Counted from the stretch's first letter, positions 28,475 to 39,326 are shown. The stretch: DNA of 64,000 nt from Halarcobacter sp. (GCA_963676565.1 OY781089.1:1952001-2016000), one strand, 5' to 3'. Program-made: numbers and translations. The notes: generated by a model not told the origin, from the letters alone.

Positions 28475-31306
28475 ATGTCACAAAGTACATATGATGCACT
28501 CAAAGCAAAAATAGGTAGAAGATCATTTATTAAAATGGCTGCCGTTTCTGCTGCTGCTGGTGCAACAAGTGCTTTTGCTAATGATGGAGTTACTAGAGAA
28601 GCAACTAGTGAAGAGGTTAAAAATCCTTTTCCAGGTTCTAAAAAAGTAAAAACTATCTGTACTGCGTGTTCTGTTGGATGCGGTATTATAGCTGAAGTAC
28701 AAAACGGAGTTTGGGTTAGACAAGAAGTAGCTCAAGATCATCCAATTTCATTAGGTGGGCACTGTTGTAAAGGTGCTGATATGATTGATATGGTTAGATC
28801 AGAAGTTAGGTTAAAACACCCAATGGTAAAAGAAGCTGGAAAATGGAAAAGAATTTCTTGGGATGAAGCTTATACAAGAATTTCTGACAAAATGAATGCA
28901 TTGCATAAATCTGTTGGAGCTGATTCAGTTCAGTTCTTAGGTTCAGCAAAAATGAGTACGGAGCAAGCTTATTACTTCAGAAAATTTGCAGCAATGTATG
29001 GAACAAATAATATAGATCACCAAGCTAGAATTTGACATAGTGCAACAGTCGCCGGTGTGGCGAATACATGGGGTTATGGCGCTATGACTAACTCACTTGG
29101 AGATATCCAAAATGCTAAAGCTATTATTATATTTGGAGCAAACCCAGCGGTTAATCACCCTGTAGGTTTTGGACATTTCTTAAAAGCTAAAGAGAGAAAC
29201 AACGCTAAGATTATTGTTGTTGATCCAGTATTTACTAAAACAGCTGCAAAAGCTGATCATTATTGCAGAATTAGACCTGGTACAGATATTCCATTTATGT
29301 ATGGAATGTTAAACCTTATATTCCAAAATGGATGGCAAGATGATAACTTCATCAATGACAGAGTTTATGGAATGGAAGATATTATGGAAGAAGCTAAAAA
29401 GTGGACTCCAGAAAAAGTTGAGGACGTTACAGGCGTTCCTGCAGAACAATTAATGCAAATTACTAGATTGTATGCTAAATCTACTCCAGGTACATTAATT
29501 TGGGCTATGGGTCTTACTCAACACACAATTGGTTCTTCTAATACAAGAATGGCACCAATTTTACAACTTGCACTTGGAAACATGGGTGAAGAAGGTGGTG
29601 GAACAAACATCTTAAGAGGTCATGATAATGTTCAAGGTGCAACAGATATGTGTTGTTTATCTCATACATTACCAGGTTATTATGGACTTGCTGATGGTTC
29701 ATGGAAATACTTCGCAAAATCTTGGGGTGTTGACTATGAATGGTTAAAAGGAAGATTTAGAGCAAAAGAATGGATGAATAAACCAGGATTTACACTATCT
29801 AGATGGTGGGCTGGTGTTCTTGATGGAAAAGATGGTAACGATAAAGTAACTAATGGTGGAACAAACCTTAAAATGTTATTTGTTATGGGTAATGGTATTA
29901 CTTCAGTTGCACAACAAGCAAAAATCAAAGAGGGTCTAGACAATCTAGAAATGCTTGTACTTTGCGATCCTTTTGTAAATGAAGCTGCTATTTTAACAGA
30001 TAAACAAGATGACGTATTTATTTTACCAAGTGCAACACAATTTGAAACAAGTGGTTCAGTAACAGCAACAAACAGATCTGTTCAATGGAGAACAAAAGTT
30101 GTTGAGCCAATGTATGAATCTAAAACTGACCATGAAGTTATGTTTGAGTTAGCTAAAAGACTAGGATTCTATGAGCAGTTTACTGCTGGAATGAAAATCA
30201 AAGATAACAAAAAAGATTTCACTTGGCCAGAAGATGCAACTAATGAGATTGCAAGAATCATAAAAACTATTGGTTTAACAGGTTGGACAGCAGAAAGAAT
30301 CAAAAAACATACTGAAAATTGGCATATGTTTGATCAAATTTCAGGGCGTGGATATGGTGCTATGAAGGGCGAATATTATGGATTACCATGGCCATGTTGG
30401 ACGGAAAAACACGGTGGAAGCCCAATTTTATATAACATCAACAGAAGTGTAGTTGATGGAGGTATGGGATTTAGAAATAGGTTTGGATTAGAACACGATG
30501 GTGTATCTCAATTAGCTGGAATGGGAAGTGCTCCAAAAGCTTCATCTAATAAAGATGGATACCCAGAAATCACTAGAGATAACATTGAAGAGGTTCTAGG
30601 AATCACTTTAAGCGCTGATGAAAAAGCAAAAATTGGTAAAAACTGGAAAGTTGATACTTCTAATATTATTGCTGAAAAATGTATGGAAAGAGGAATTGCT
30701 CCTTATGGAAATGCAAGAGCAAGAGCTAAAGTATGGACATTCCCTGATCAAATTCCAATGCACAGAGAGCCATTACACTCTCCAAGAGCTGATTTAGTTA
30801 AAAAGTATCCAAGTTATGCTGATAAAGCAAATCACTATAGAGTTGATACTAAATATGCTTCAAAACAGTCAGAAAAAGATTGGTCTAAAGAGTTCCCAAT
30901 TAACTTGGTAACAGGAAGACTTGTAAATATGAATGGTGCAGGTATGGAAAATAGAGCAAGTAAATATCTTGCTGCATTAACTCCAGAAATGTTCTGTGAA
31001 ATTAATCCTAATTTAGCTGGTAAACTAGGAATTAGAGATGGTGCTATGATGTGGGTTCACTCACCAGAAGGTACTAAAATTAAAGTTAAAGCTAAGTATT
31101 CATTTAGTGTTAGTGAAGATAGAGTGTTTATGCCATTCCACTTTGCTGGTGCATTCCAAGGGGAAGATATGTCGCACAAATACCCAGCAGGTACAAAACC
31201 TTATGCTACTGGTGAGAGTGCAAATACAATTACAAATTACGGTTACGACATCATTACTCAGATTCCTGAGACAAAAGGTGGTTTATGTCGAATCGAGCTT
31301 GCCTAA
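28475..31306 (+). CDS. fdhA: Formate dehydrogenase alpha subunit 2 (selenoprotein; Sec at TGA 29033-29035)
   Basis: In-frame join DHQARI-TGA-HSATVAG; RRSFIK Tat, CTACSVGC; SECIS GUCGC-CGGU-GUGGC at 29048-29061. Confidence 0.95.
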
Positions 31307-31316
31307 GGAGTTGTAG

Positions 31317-31931
31317 ATGAGTAATAGTGAAAACGCTAGATTAAAATTTTACTGCGATGAACAAAGATGCATCGCATGTGATGGTTGTTCCGTAGCTTGT
31401 GCTGAAGCACATGAGTTACCAGCAGGTATCAATAGAAGAAAAGTAATTACAATGAATGAAGGTATTGAAAACCTTGAGTATTCATTATCAATTGCTTGTA
31501 TGCATTGTACAGATGCACCTTGTGAACAAGTATGTCCAGTAGATTGTTTCTACATTAGAGAAGATGGGATTGTTTTACACGATAAAGAAAAATGTATAGG
31601 TTGTGGTTATTGTTTATACGCTTGTCCTTTCGGCGCTCCTCAATTTCCACAAGATGGTGCATTTGGTACTAAAGGTGCTATGGATAAATGTACAATGTGT
31701 GCTGGTGGTCCGCTTGAAACAAATAGTGAACATGAAAGAGAACTTTATGGGCAAAATAGAATTTCTGAAGGTAAAGTTCCTGTTTGTTCAGCTATGTGTT
31801 CGACAAAAGCACTATTAGTTGGTGACTCTCAAGAGGTGTCTAAAATCTATAGACAAAGAGTGTTATCAGCTGGACATGGTGCTAAAGTTCAACCATATGG
31901 ATGGTCAACAGCATATAATTCAAATATATAA
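31317..31931 (+). CDS. fdhB: Formate dehydrogenase beta subunit 2
   Basis: Four Fe-S motifs; central part identical to fdhB1. Confidence 0.95.
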   Translation: MSNSENARLKFYCDEQRCIACDGCSVACAEAHELPAGINRRKVITMNEGIENLEYSLSIACMHCTDAPCEQVCPVDCFYIREDGIVLHDKEKCIGCGYCLYACPFGAPQFPQDGAFGTKGAMDKCTMCAGGPLETNSEHERELYGQNRISEGKVPVCSAMCSTKALLVGDSQEVSKIYRQRVLSAGHGAKVQPYGWSTAYNSNI

Positions 31932-31946
31932 TAAGGTAGATAGAGA

Positions 31947-32846
31947 ATGAAAACGAAATATATAGTTTTAACTCTATTGACACTATCAGTATTAGCCTTT
32001 GGAGCTAATGCAGATAGCGCAATATGGGGGAAAGACTTAGTACCCAACATTTTAGGTTATGATAAAGAGGGTTCATTGCATCTTGGACCTTTATTTACAC
32101 TTTTACAAGGTAAATATTTTTCAATTGCATTTTTAGCGATTTTGTTTGGTGTACCTGCAGTTTTCGCTATACACTATTTTATTATTGGACCTAAAATATT
32201 TTCTCATGATAGAAAAAAGATTAAAGTATTCAATATGTTTCATAGATTGATTCACTGGATTGCTGGATTTTCATTTTTAGTACTTATCCCAACAGGATTT
32301 GTAATGATATTTGGTTCAGTATTTGAAGGTGGAACTTTTGTTAGAATCTGTAAAGAGTTACATGCAATTTCAACAGTGTTCTTTGCTATTTCTGTTATTC
32401 CAATGACAATCATGTGGATAAGAGAGATGTTACCAACAATGGACGATGTAAAATGGATGATGATTCTAGGTGGATACTTAAGTAAAGTAAAAAGACCAAT
32501 TCCTGCAGGTAAATTTAATGCAGGTCAAAAAATGTGGTTTTGGGTTTGTACATTTGGTGGGATTTTAATGATTCTAACTGGTGCAGCAATGTATTTTCAG
32601 GACTTCACTCTTCCTGTGCTTGCTACATATGGTATAACACAAATCGATTTTTTAAGAGCATGCGCAATTATTCATAATGTAATGGGAATGGCTGTAGCAG
32701 CATTATTTTTTACTCACGTATATATGTCAATGTTTGCAATTAAAGGTGCAATTCATTCGATGATTAGTGGGTATAAAGAGGAAGAAGAGATAGAAATTCT
32801 TCACAGCTCTTATTACAAAAAGTTAAAAGAGCAAAAACAATTATAA
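31947..32846 (+). CDS. fdhC: Formate dehydrogenase gamma subunit 2
   Basis: Near-identical to 26050-26949. Confidence 0.93.
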   Translation: MKTKYIVLTLLTLSVLAFGANADSAIWGKDLVPNILGYDKEGSLHLGPLFTLLQGKYFSIAFLAILFGVPAVFAIHYFIIGPKIFSHDRKKIKVFNMFHRLIHWIAGFSFLVLIPTGFVMIFGSVFEGGTFVRICKELHAISTVFFAISVIPMTIMWIREMLPTMDDVKWMMILGGYLSKVKRPIPAGKFNAGQKMWFWVCTFGGILMILTGAAMYFQDFTLPVLATYGITQIDFLRACAIIHNVMGMAVAALFFTHVYMSMFAIKGAIHSMISGYKEEEEIEILHSSYYKKLKEQKQL

Positions 32847-32851
32847 AAGGG

Positions 32852-32884
32852 AAACTCTCCATATAGCATCAAAATGGAGAGTTT
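32852..32884 (+). terminator. Probable terminator after fdhC2
   Basis: AAACTCTCCAT...ATGGAGAGTTT followed by a T-rich tract. Confidence 0.65.
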
Positions 32885-32904
32885 TTCTATTTTTTTTAAT
32901 TTTA

Positions 32905-32925
32905 AATATGCTAAATTTGCATATT
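32905..32925. promoter_or_regulatory. Operator AATATGC-N7-GCATATT (copy 4)
   Basis: Immediately upstream of the fdhD RBS. Confidence 0.65.
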
Positions 32926-32939
32926 GAAGAAGGTAGAAT

Positions 32940-33728
32940 ATGGATAATTCAAGATATTTAAAAAAGATTATCATTGATAAAGTAAATGGTGATGAAGTAA
33001 GAGAAGTAGAAGATGTAACAATTGAAGAAGCTAGATTAAATGTATATTTAAATGGTGAAAAAGCTATATCAATGATGTGTATACCAATAGATCAAGATGC
33101 TCATGCTATTGGTTTTTTAATGAGTGAAAATGTAATCTCTTCTATAGATGATGTTCAAGAAATCACTTTAGGTGAAGATGGATTAAGAGTTGATATAACA
33201 GCAAAAATTGACGAAAATTCATTAACTAATCTTTATAAAGAAAAAACATTAGTAAGTGGTTGCGGTGGTGGAGTAACTGGAAATATAGCAGGGAACGTTG
33301 AAGTTCCTTTCAACCAAACAAATTTTGTGATTAGTCCAGAAGTTATTAGCCGTGAAGTAGCCATTTTCTATAGAGATAGTGAACTTTATAAATTAACAGG
33401 TTGTGTTCATAAAGCGATGCTTTATTTAGAGGATGGAACAACTGTAACATCTGAAGATATAGGAAGACATAATGCCATTGATAAGGTAGTTGGGAAATGC
33501 AAGCTAAAAGGCTTGGATACTGCAAAATCAGTGCTTTTTGTAAGTGGTAGATTAAGTTCTGAAATGGTTGTAAAAGCAGTTATGCATAAAGTACCAATTG
33601 TAGTTTCAAGAACTGCACCAACACATTTAGGTGTTACGACGGCACATACACATGGAGTTACACTTATTGGTTTTGCTAGAGGCAAAAAAATGAATGTATA
33701 TACACATAGTGGAAGAGTTATAGGATAA
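32940..33728 (+). CDS. fdhD: Formate dehydrogenase accessory sulfurtransferase
   Basis: SGCGGG, TGCVH, EDIGRHNAIDK, SGRLSSEMV and GFAR motifs. Confidence 0.93.
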   Translation: MDNSRYLKKIIIDKVNGDEVREVEDVTIEEARLNVYLNGEKAISMMCIPIDQDAHAIGFLMSENVISSIDDVQEITLGEDGLRVDITAKIDENSLTNLYKEKTLVSGCGGGVTGNIAGNVEVPFNQTNFVISPEVISREVAIFYRDSELYKLTGCVHKAMLYLEDGTTVTSEDIGRHNAIDKVVGKCKLKGLDTAKSVLFVSGRLSSEMVVKAVMHKVPIVVSRTAPTHLGVTTAHTHGVTLIGFARGKKMNVYTHSGRVIG

Positions 33729-33732
33729 TACA

Positions 33733-34152
33733 ATGGGAAAAATGCAAAAAGAGATTAATTTAGATGAAACTCAAAAAGAATTACTTCTTAGCAATTTAGA
33801 CGAAGATGGGAAACTATCTTGTCTAAAGGCTTTTAAAGTAGCAAGATTAATTGGTGTAGAGCCAATTGATATGTCTGATGCTTGTAAGAGTGAAAACATA
33901 AAAATTACAAATTGTGAATTAGGTGTATTTGGAAAAATACAATTTCATGACGCCGAAGATGCAATCTATAATAAAATAGCAAAAAATTTCACACAAGATA
34001 AAGATGTTACCTGTAAGATTTTATGGGAATTAGCAAAGGAATCAAGCTTAAGAAGAGTAGGTTCAACAGTTAAATTTACTGATGTAGAAGTAACAAATTG
34101 CCAACTTGGGTGTTTTAGGACAAGAAAGGGACATCGTGAAATCAAAAATTAA
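33733..34152 (+). CDS. Hypothetical protein with two tandem Cys-containing repeats (C..A/L.....TNCxLGxF)
   Basis: LSCLKAF...ITNCELGVF and VTCKILW...VTNCQLGCF; overlaps the modE-like gene. Confidence 0.7.
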   Translation: MGKMQKEINLDETQKELLLSNLDEDGKLSCLKAFKVARLIGVEPIDMSDACKSENIKITNCELGVFGKIQFHDAEDAIYNKIAKNFTQDKDVTCKILWELAKESSLRRVGSTVKFTDVEVTNCQLGCFRTRKGHREIKN

Positions 34153-34498
34153 AATCTGGATTGAAGATGATAACAATAATCTAATATTTGGTGGTGGGAA
34201 AACACAAATATTAGAACTTATTGATGAAACTGGTTCAATTGCAGAAGCATCAAAAAGAGCAGGGATGAACTATAAAAAAGCATGGAGTCATATAAAAATA
34301 CTTCAAAAGTATATTGATGATGAACTTGTTATTGTTCAAAAAGGTAGAAATAGTGGTGGTACAAGATTAACACCAAAAGCAAAAGAGTTAGTTGAGAATT
34401 TCAAAAAATTAAAAGAAGATGTAAAAGCTTTTAGTGATGAAAGATTTACCCAACTTTTTTTAGACAAAAAAATGATTAATTGTGCTAAGGAAGATTAG
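34136..34498 (+). CDS. ModE-type winged-HTH regulator (N-terminal domain only)
   Basis: IFGGGK...ETGSIAEASKRAGMNYKKAW...GGTRLT; GTG start after AAGGG; no TOBE domains. Confidence 0.85.
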   Translation: MKSKIKIWIEDDNNNLIFGGGKTQILELIDETGSIAEASKRAGMNYKKAWSHIKILQKYIDDELVIVQKGRNSGGTRLTPKAKELVENFKKLKEDVKAFSDERFTQLFLDKKMINCAKED

Positions 34499-35473
34499 AT
34501 GATAAAGTTAAATTCCCTTCAATTTTCAAATGTATTACCATTAGAATATGACAAAGAACAAACTCTAAATCCATTAAAAAATAACGAAAATATTGAAAAT
34601 AAAATCAAAGAGTTTTCATCAAAATTTGGATTTAAAAATCTTAAAACTTTTAAGTTTAATAAAGATGGTTTTATCTCTTTAATGCTTTCTTTAAAAGGAA
34701 AAATTAGTGTTAGTGTAGGGGAGAGTGAAGCTATTGTTCAAGCTGCTAATTTCTTAATAGAAAAAGGTTATGAAATAGATTTAATCCCACTTACAAAAGA
34801 GGGCTTTGTTGATATGACTAAGTTATCTAAATGCGACTATATTTTTTGCTCTTCATATGTAATGGATACATATGTTAAAACTAATTTAGATGAAGTAAAA
34901 CAAAAAACTCAAGCTACAATTATCTCTAATATTAGTGCAACATTATCTAGTATTGGTGCAGATATTGCATTGTTAGATGCATATAAACTAACTGGATATT
35001 CTTTAGACTCAATACTCTTATACAATGATGAATTTGAAGAGAGTGTAATCTCTGAAATTTCAACAATTTCAATCTATCAAATAGAAAAAAATATTAAAAA
35101 AATTAATTATGAAACAACTATAAAAAATAGTTTTCTGGAAACTCTTAACGGGGAGTTTAAGACTAACATTTTCTATTTTGTAAACCCTAAAGATACTTTA
35201 GAGTATACACTTCACTTTGGTTTAAAGGGTATAAAAGCAAGGGAAATAATTAGAACCTTAGCCTTAGAAAACATTCTTGTTACAAATGGAGAAGGTTGTT
35301 CTCTTGGTTTTTCTAAACCGTCAAGAATTATACAGGAAATGTCTTATACAGAAAGTGAATCTAGATGGGCATTGAGTTTAGATTTTAGTGAATATTTAGA
35401 TGATGAAACTATTTTAAAAGTAGTTAAAAAAATCTCTAAAAAATATAGACAAATTTTACTTTTAAATTCATAG
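34499..35473 (+). CDS. Divergent class-V PLP enzyme (cysteine desulfurase/selenocysteine lyase-like)
   Basis: DAYKL (candidate PLP Lys) and NGEGCS (GSAC-like catalytic Cys loop); otherwise degenerate. Confidence 0.6.
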   Translation: MIKLNSLQFSNVLPLEYDKEQTLNPLKNNENIENKIKEFSSKFGFKNLKTFKFNKDGFISLMLSLKGKISVSVGESEAIVQAANFLIEKGYEIDLIPLTKEGFVDMTKLSKCDYIFCSSYVMDTYVKTNLDEVKQKTQATIISNISATLSSIGADIALLDAYKLTGYSLDSILLYNDEFEESVISEISTISIYQIEKNIKKINYETTIKNSFLETLNGEFKTNIFYFVNPKDTLEYTLHFGLKGIKAREIIRTLALENILVTNGEGCSLGFSKPSRIIQEMSYTESESRWALSLDFSEYLDDETILKVVKKISKKYRQILLLNS

Positions 35474-35482
35474 GAGAATATT

Positions 35483-36727
35483 TTGAAAAAAGAGTTTTTA
35501 GATTTTGAACTTGCTGTTGAAAAATCATTGGAAAATGCAAAAGCTACAACTTTTACTGAGATTGTAAATATTGAAGATGCATTAAATAGAATCATTGCAA
35601 AAGATATTTTATGTAATAAAAATCTCCCTTCTTTTAATAACTCAGCAATGGATGGTTTTGCAGTTAAATTTAGTGATGCAGGGAAATCTCTAAAGGTTAA
35701 AAAAATAATTTTTGCAGGTGAAAAAGTTGAAGCCTGCTTAGATGCAAATGAATGTTATAAAATTATGACTGGAGCACAAGTTCCAAATGATGCTGATACT
35801 ATTATTCCAATTGAAGATGTAGTAAGTTTTGAAGATGATATTGTAACAATTCCAGAAAATATTAAAAAGGGTTCTTCTTTGAGATTAAAAGGTGAAGAGA
35901 AAGCCATTGATGATATTTTGTTTAAAAAAGGTGAAACTATAAACTCTTCAACTCTTGCAGTTTTAGCATCACAAGGGATTACTAAGATTACAGTTTATAA
36001 GAAAATATCTATTGCTGTAGTGTCAACAGGGAATGAGCTTAAAGAGCCTTGGGAAGAAGCAAGTGATGATGAGATATATAATTGCAATTCATATGCTATT
36101 AGTACACTTCTTGAAGAAAAAGGTTTTGATTCTACGTATATTGGCGTTATCCCAGATAATTTGGAGCAATCTATTGAGTTTATCTCTAATTTAAGTTGTT
36201 ATGACGTTGTTATTACAACAGGAGGTATCTCTATGGGTGATGCTGATTTTATGGCAGATGCCTTTAAGCAAAATGGTTTAAAAACAATTTTTCATGGGGT
36301 TAATATAAAACCAGGGCGTCCTATTATGATGGGTGTCATAGAAAAAGAGTTAAATAATTGCTTTGTTATGTGTTTACCTGGTAATCCATTAACAGCAATG
36401 GTAAATATGCATCTATTTGCAATACCTGTATTAAATAAGATTCAAGGAGGAAATTCTATTTATCAAGATATTTGTTTAGCCGTAAACAAAGAAAATTTTA
36501 AAACAAAAACTGGTCGTGTAAATGTTGTATTAGGAACAGTTAAAAATGGTGAATTTAAAGTTACTAAAAAGAATAAATATGGTTCAGGGATGATTACAGT
36601 ACTAAATGAAAGTAATGCAATTGTTGTTACAAAACCAACTAGAGATACAACTGCTACAGGTGAGTTTCTAAGAGTGATTAGATTCTCTTGCTTATATTTA
36701 GAAACTAAAACAGAAATATTTAATTAA
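35483..36727 (+). CDS. moeA: Molybdopterin molybdo/tungstotransferase
   Basis: SAMDGFA, IMTGA, STGNEL, GGISMGDAD, KPG and LPGNP motifs. Confidence 0.93.
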   Translation: MKKEFLDFELAVEKSLENAKATTFTEIVNIEDALNRIIAKDILCNKNLPSFNNSAMDGFAVKFSDAGKSLKVKKIIFAGEKVEACLDANECYKIMTGAQVPNDADTIIPIEDVVSFEDDIVTIPENIKKGSSLRLKGEEKAIDDILFKKGETINSSTLAVLASQGITKITVYKKISIAVVSTGNELKEPWEEASDDEIYNCNSYAISTLLEEKGFDSTYIGVIPDNLEQSIEFISNLSCYDVVITTGGISMGDADFMADAFKQNGLKTIFHGVNIKPGRPIMMGVIEKELNNCFVMCLPGNPLTAMVNMHLFAIPVLNKIQGGNSIYQDICLAVNKENFKTKTGRVNVVLGTVKNGEFKVTKKNKYGSGMITVLNESNAIVVTKPTRDTTATGEFLRVIRFSCLYLETKTEIFN

Positions 36728-36763
36728 AAAACATAAAAATAAACTTTATATTAGGAGAAAAAA

Positions 36764-37579
36764 ATGGTTAAAAAAACTTTATTAGGATTAGGATTAGGTG
36801 CTATGTTAGCATCATCAATGATGGCTCAAGATTTAATGATGGCAACAACTACAAGTACAGATAATACTGGATTATTAGATTACTTAGCACCAAAATTCGA
36901 AAAAGATACTGGTGTAACTTTAAAATGGGTAGCAACAGGAACAGGAAAAGCACTTAAAATGGGTGGAAACTGTGATGTTGATATTTTATTTGTACATGCA
37001 CCTGCATCTGAGAAAAAATTTATTGCAACTGGATTTGGTGTTGATAGACAACAAGTTATGTATAACGATTTTGTAATTATTGGACCAAAAGAAGATCCAG
37101 CAAAAGTTTCTGGAATGGCACCAAGCGTTGCTTTTAATACTATTAAATCTCAAGAAGCTAAATTTTTCTCAAGAGGCGATAATTCTGGGACTAATAAAAA
37201 AGAACTTTCTTTATGGAAAAATGCAAAAGTTGATACAAAAGAGGCTTCAACTTGGTATATTCAAACTGGTCAAGGTATGTTAAGAACTATTAATATGGCA
37301 TCAGAAAAAGCTGGGTATACAATGACAGATAGAGGTACTTGGATTAAATATATGTCTCAACAAGGCGACAAAAATCCAATGAAAATTGTTGTTGAAGGTG
37401 ATAAAACACTATTTAATCAATATTCTGTAGTTTCTATCAATAAAGAAAAATGTTCAAATGTAAAACCTGAATTAGCTAAAAAGTTTACTAACTGGGTTGT
37501 TAGTCCAAAAACACAAAAAACAATTGCTGATTTTAGACTTTTAGGTCAAGCATTATTTATTCCAAACGCAGGAAAATAA
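36764..37579 (+). CDS. tupA: Tungstate ABC transporter substrate-binding protein
   Basis: ATTTS tungstate signature, GTGKAL, SRGDNSGT. Confidence 0.92.
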   Translation: MVKKTLLGLGLGAMLASSMMAQDLMMATTTSTDNTGLLDYLAPKFEKDTGVTLKWVATGTGKALKMGGNCDVDILFVHAPASEKKFIATGFGVDRQQVMYNDFVIIGPKEDPAKVSGMAPSVAFNTIKSQEAKFFSRGDNSGTNKKELSLWKNAKVDTKEASTWYIQTGQGMLRTINMASEKAGYTMTDRGTWIKYMSQQGDKNPMKIVVEGDKTLFNQYSVVSINKEKCSNVKPELAKKFTNWVVSPKTQKTIADFRLLGQALFIPNAGK

Positions 37580-37592
37580 GGACTTTTAGAGA

Positions 37593-38288
37593 ATGAATCT
37601 ATTTACTGATGGTTTCAAAGAGGCTATAGAGTTACTAACTTCTGGTAATGAGAGTGTATATTCTGCAATTACTACGACTATAACTGTATCTTCATGGTCT
37701 TTGATAATTAGTTTAATTATTGGACTACCTTTAGGATTTCTCCTTGGGTATTATAACTTTAAAGGTAAGGCTGTAGTAAAAACAATTGTTGATACACTTT
37801 TAGCCTTACCAACAGTTGTAATTGGTTTAATTGCATATACTATGTTATCTCAAGTTGGACCATTTGGTAAATACGATTTACTCTTTTCACAACAAGCAAT
37901 TATTATTGGTCAAGTTGTGTTAGGACTTCCAATCATAATTGCTTTAACAGCTGCTGTTGTAGAAGCAGTTGACAAACGCCTTTATGTATCTTTAAAAGGA
38001 CTAGGAGCAAAACCTAGACAGATTATGTTCGCTACATTAGAAGAAGCTAGATTTGGTCTTATGACTGCTGCAATGACTGCGTATGGAAGAATAATTACAG
38101 AAATTGGTATCTCTATGATGGTTGGTGGAAATATCAAATATCATACTAGAACTGTTACAACTGCAATTGCACTAGAAACAGGAAAAGGTGAATTTGTAAC
38201 AGGTATTGCATTAGGTCTTGTTCTTTTTGCAGTTGCATTAATAGTAAATATAAGTTTATCCCTACTTAAAAGGAAATGGACACAATGA
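37593..38288 (+). CDS. tupB: Tungstate ABC transporter permease
   Basis: LPTVVIGL, GRIITEIG and GGNI...TR.TTAI motifs. Confidence 0.9.
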   Translation: MNLFTDGFKEAIELLTSGNESVYSAITTTITVSSWSLIISLIIGLPLGFLLGYYNFKGKAVVKTIVDTLLALPTVVIGLIAYTMLSQVGPFGKYDLLFSQQAIIIGQVVLGLPIIIALTAAVVEAVDKRLYVSLKGLGAKPRQIMFATLEEARFGLMTAAMTAYGRIITEIGISMMVGGNIKYHTRTVTTAIALETGKGEFVTGIALGLVLFAVALIVNISLSLLKRKWTQ

Positions 38289-39307
38289 GTACACTTTATG
38301 AATTAAGAAACATAGAACAGTACTATGATGATAAAAAAGTTCTTAGTGTAGAGAATTTAAAGCTAGAAGAAAATCAAATTATTGGTTTTTTTGGACCAAA
38401 TGGTAGTGGTAAATCAACTTTATTTTCTTTATTGTCTTTTATAAATAAACCTACAAATGGATATTTAAACTATAATGGAATAGATAATAAAAAAATAGAT
38501 AATGAAACAAAGATGAGTATTGTTATGGTACCGCAAAATCCATATCTACTAAAAAGAAGTGTTTTTGAAAATATTTCATTTGGTTTAAAACTTAGAAATG
38601 AAACAAATAATATGGAAGAAAAAGTTGAAGAAGCTTTATCTTTAGTAGGTCTTGATAGTTCATTTAAATATAGAAAATGGAGTCAATTATCTGGTGGAGA
38701 AGCTCAAAGAGTTGCATTAGCTGCTAGACTTATTTTAAAACCAAAGGTTTTAATACTTGATGAACCAACAACAGGTGTTGATACAAATTCTGCTCAACTT
38801 ATAAAAGAAGCAATTTTAAGTGCAAAACAAAAATGGAATACAACTATACTAATCTCAAGTCATGACCATAATTGGTTAAATAAAATCTGCGACAAAAAAG
38901 TAGCACTTTATCAAGGACGTTTAATAGAAAGTGGTAATGTAAATTTACTATTTGCTCCATGGGAAAAAGATGAAAGTGGTAATTTAGTTAAATTTTTTCT
39001 TGATGGTCAATTTCTTAGTATTGAAAATAGTGAATCAAAGAAAAAAGACTCTGTTGCTTTAATAGATTCAAATGATATAACTATTTGTAGAAAAGATTGT
39101 GATAATATGTTTAATGAAAATACACTAATAGGACTTGTTTCTTCAATTTCACAACAAGATTCAATTGATTATTTATTAGTTGAATTTTCAATAGGTGGAA
39201 TCTCTTTTTCATGCCGAATTAGTAGAAATATGATGGAAGAACAAAGGTTTTTACCTGGAGATAGAATATATGTGAATATAGAAACTTCAAATATTCATTG
39301 GATATAA
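38285..39307 (+). CDS. tupC: Tungstate ABC transporter ATPase
   Basis: GPNGSGKST, LSGGE, ILDEPT. Confidence 0.88.
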   Translation: MSTLYELRNIEQYYDDKKVLSVENLKLEENQIIGFFGPNGSGKSTLFSLLSFINKPTNGYLNYNGIDNKKIDNETKMSIVMVPQNPYLLKRSVFENISFGLKLRNETNNMEEKVEEALSLVGLDSSFKYRKWSQLSGGEAQRVALAARLILKPKVLILDEPTTGVDTNSAQLIKEAILSAKQKWNTTILISSHDHNWLNKICDKKVALYQGRLIESGNVNLLFAPWEKDESGNLVKFFLDGQFLSIENSESKKKDSVALIDSNDITICRKDCDNMFNENTLIGLVSSISQQDSIDYLLVEFSIGGISFSCRISRNMMEEQRFLPGDRIYVNIETSNIHWI

Positions 39308-39326
39308 ATTTTAGAAAGGAGAAAAA

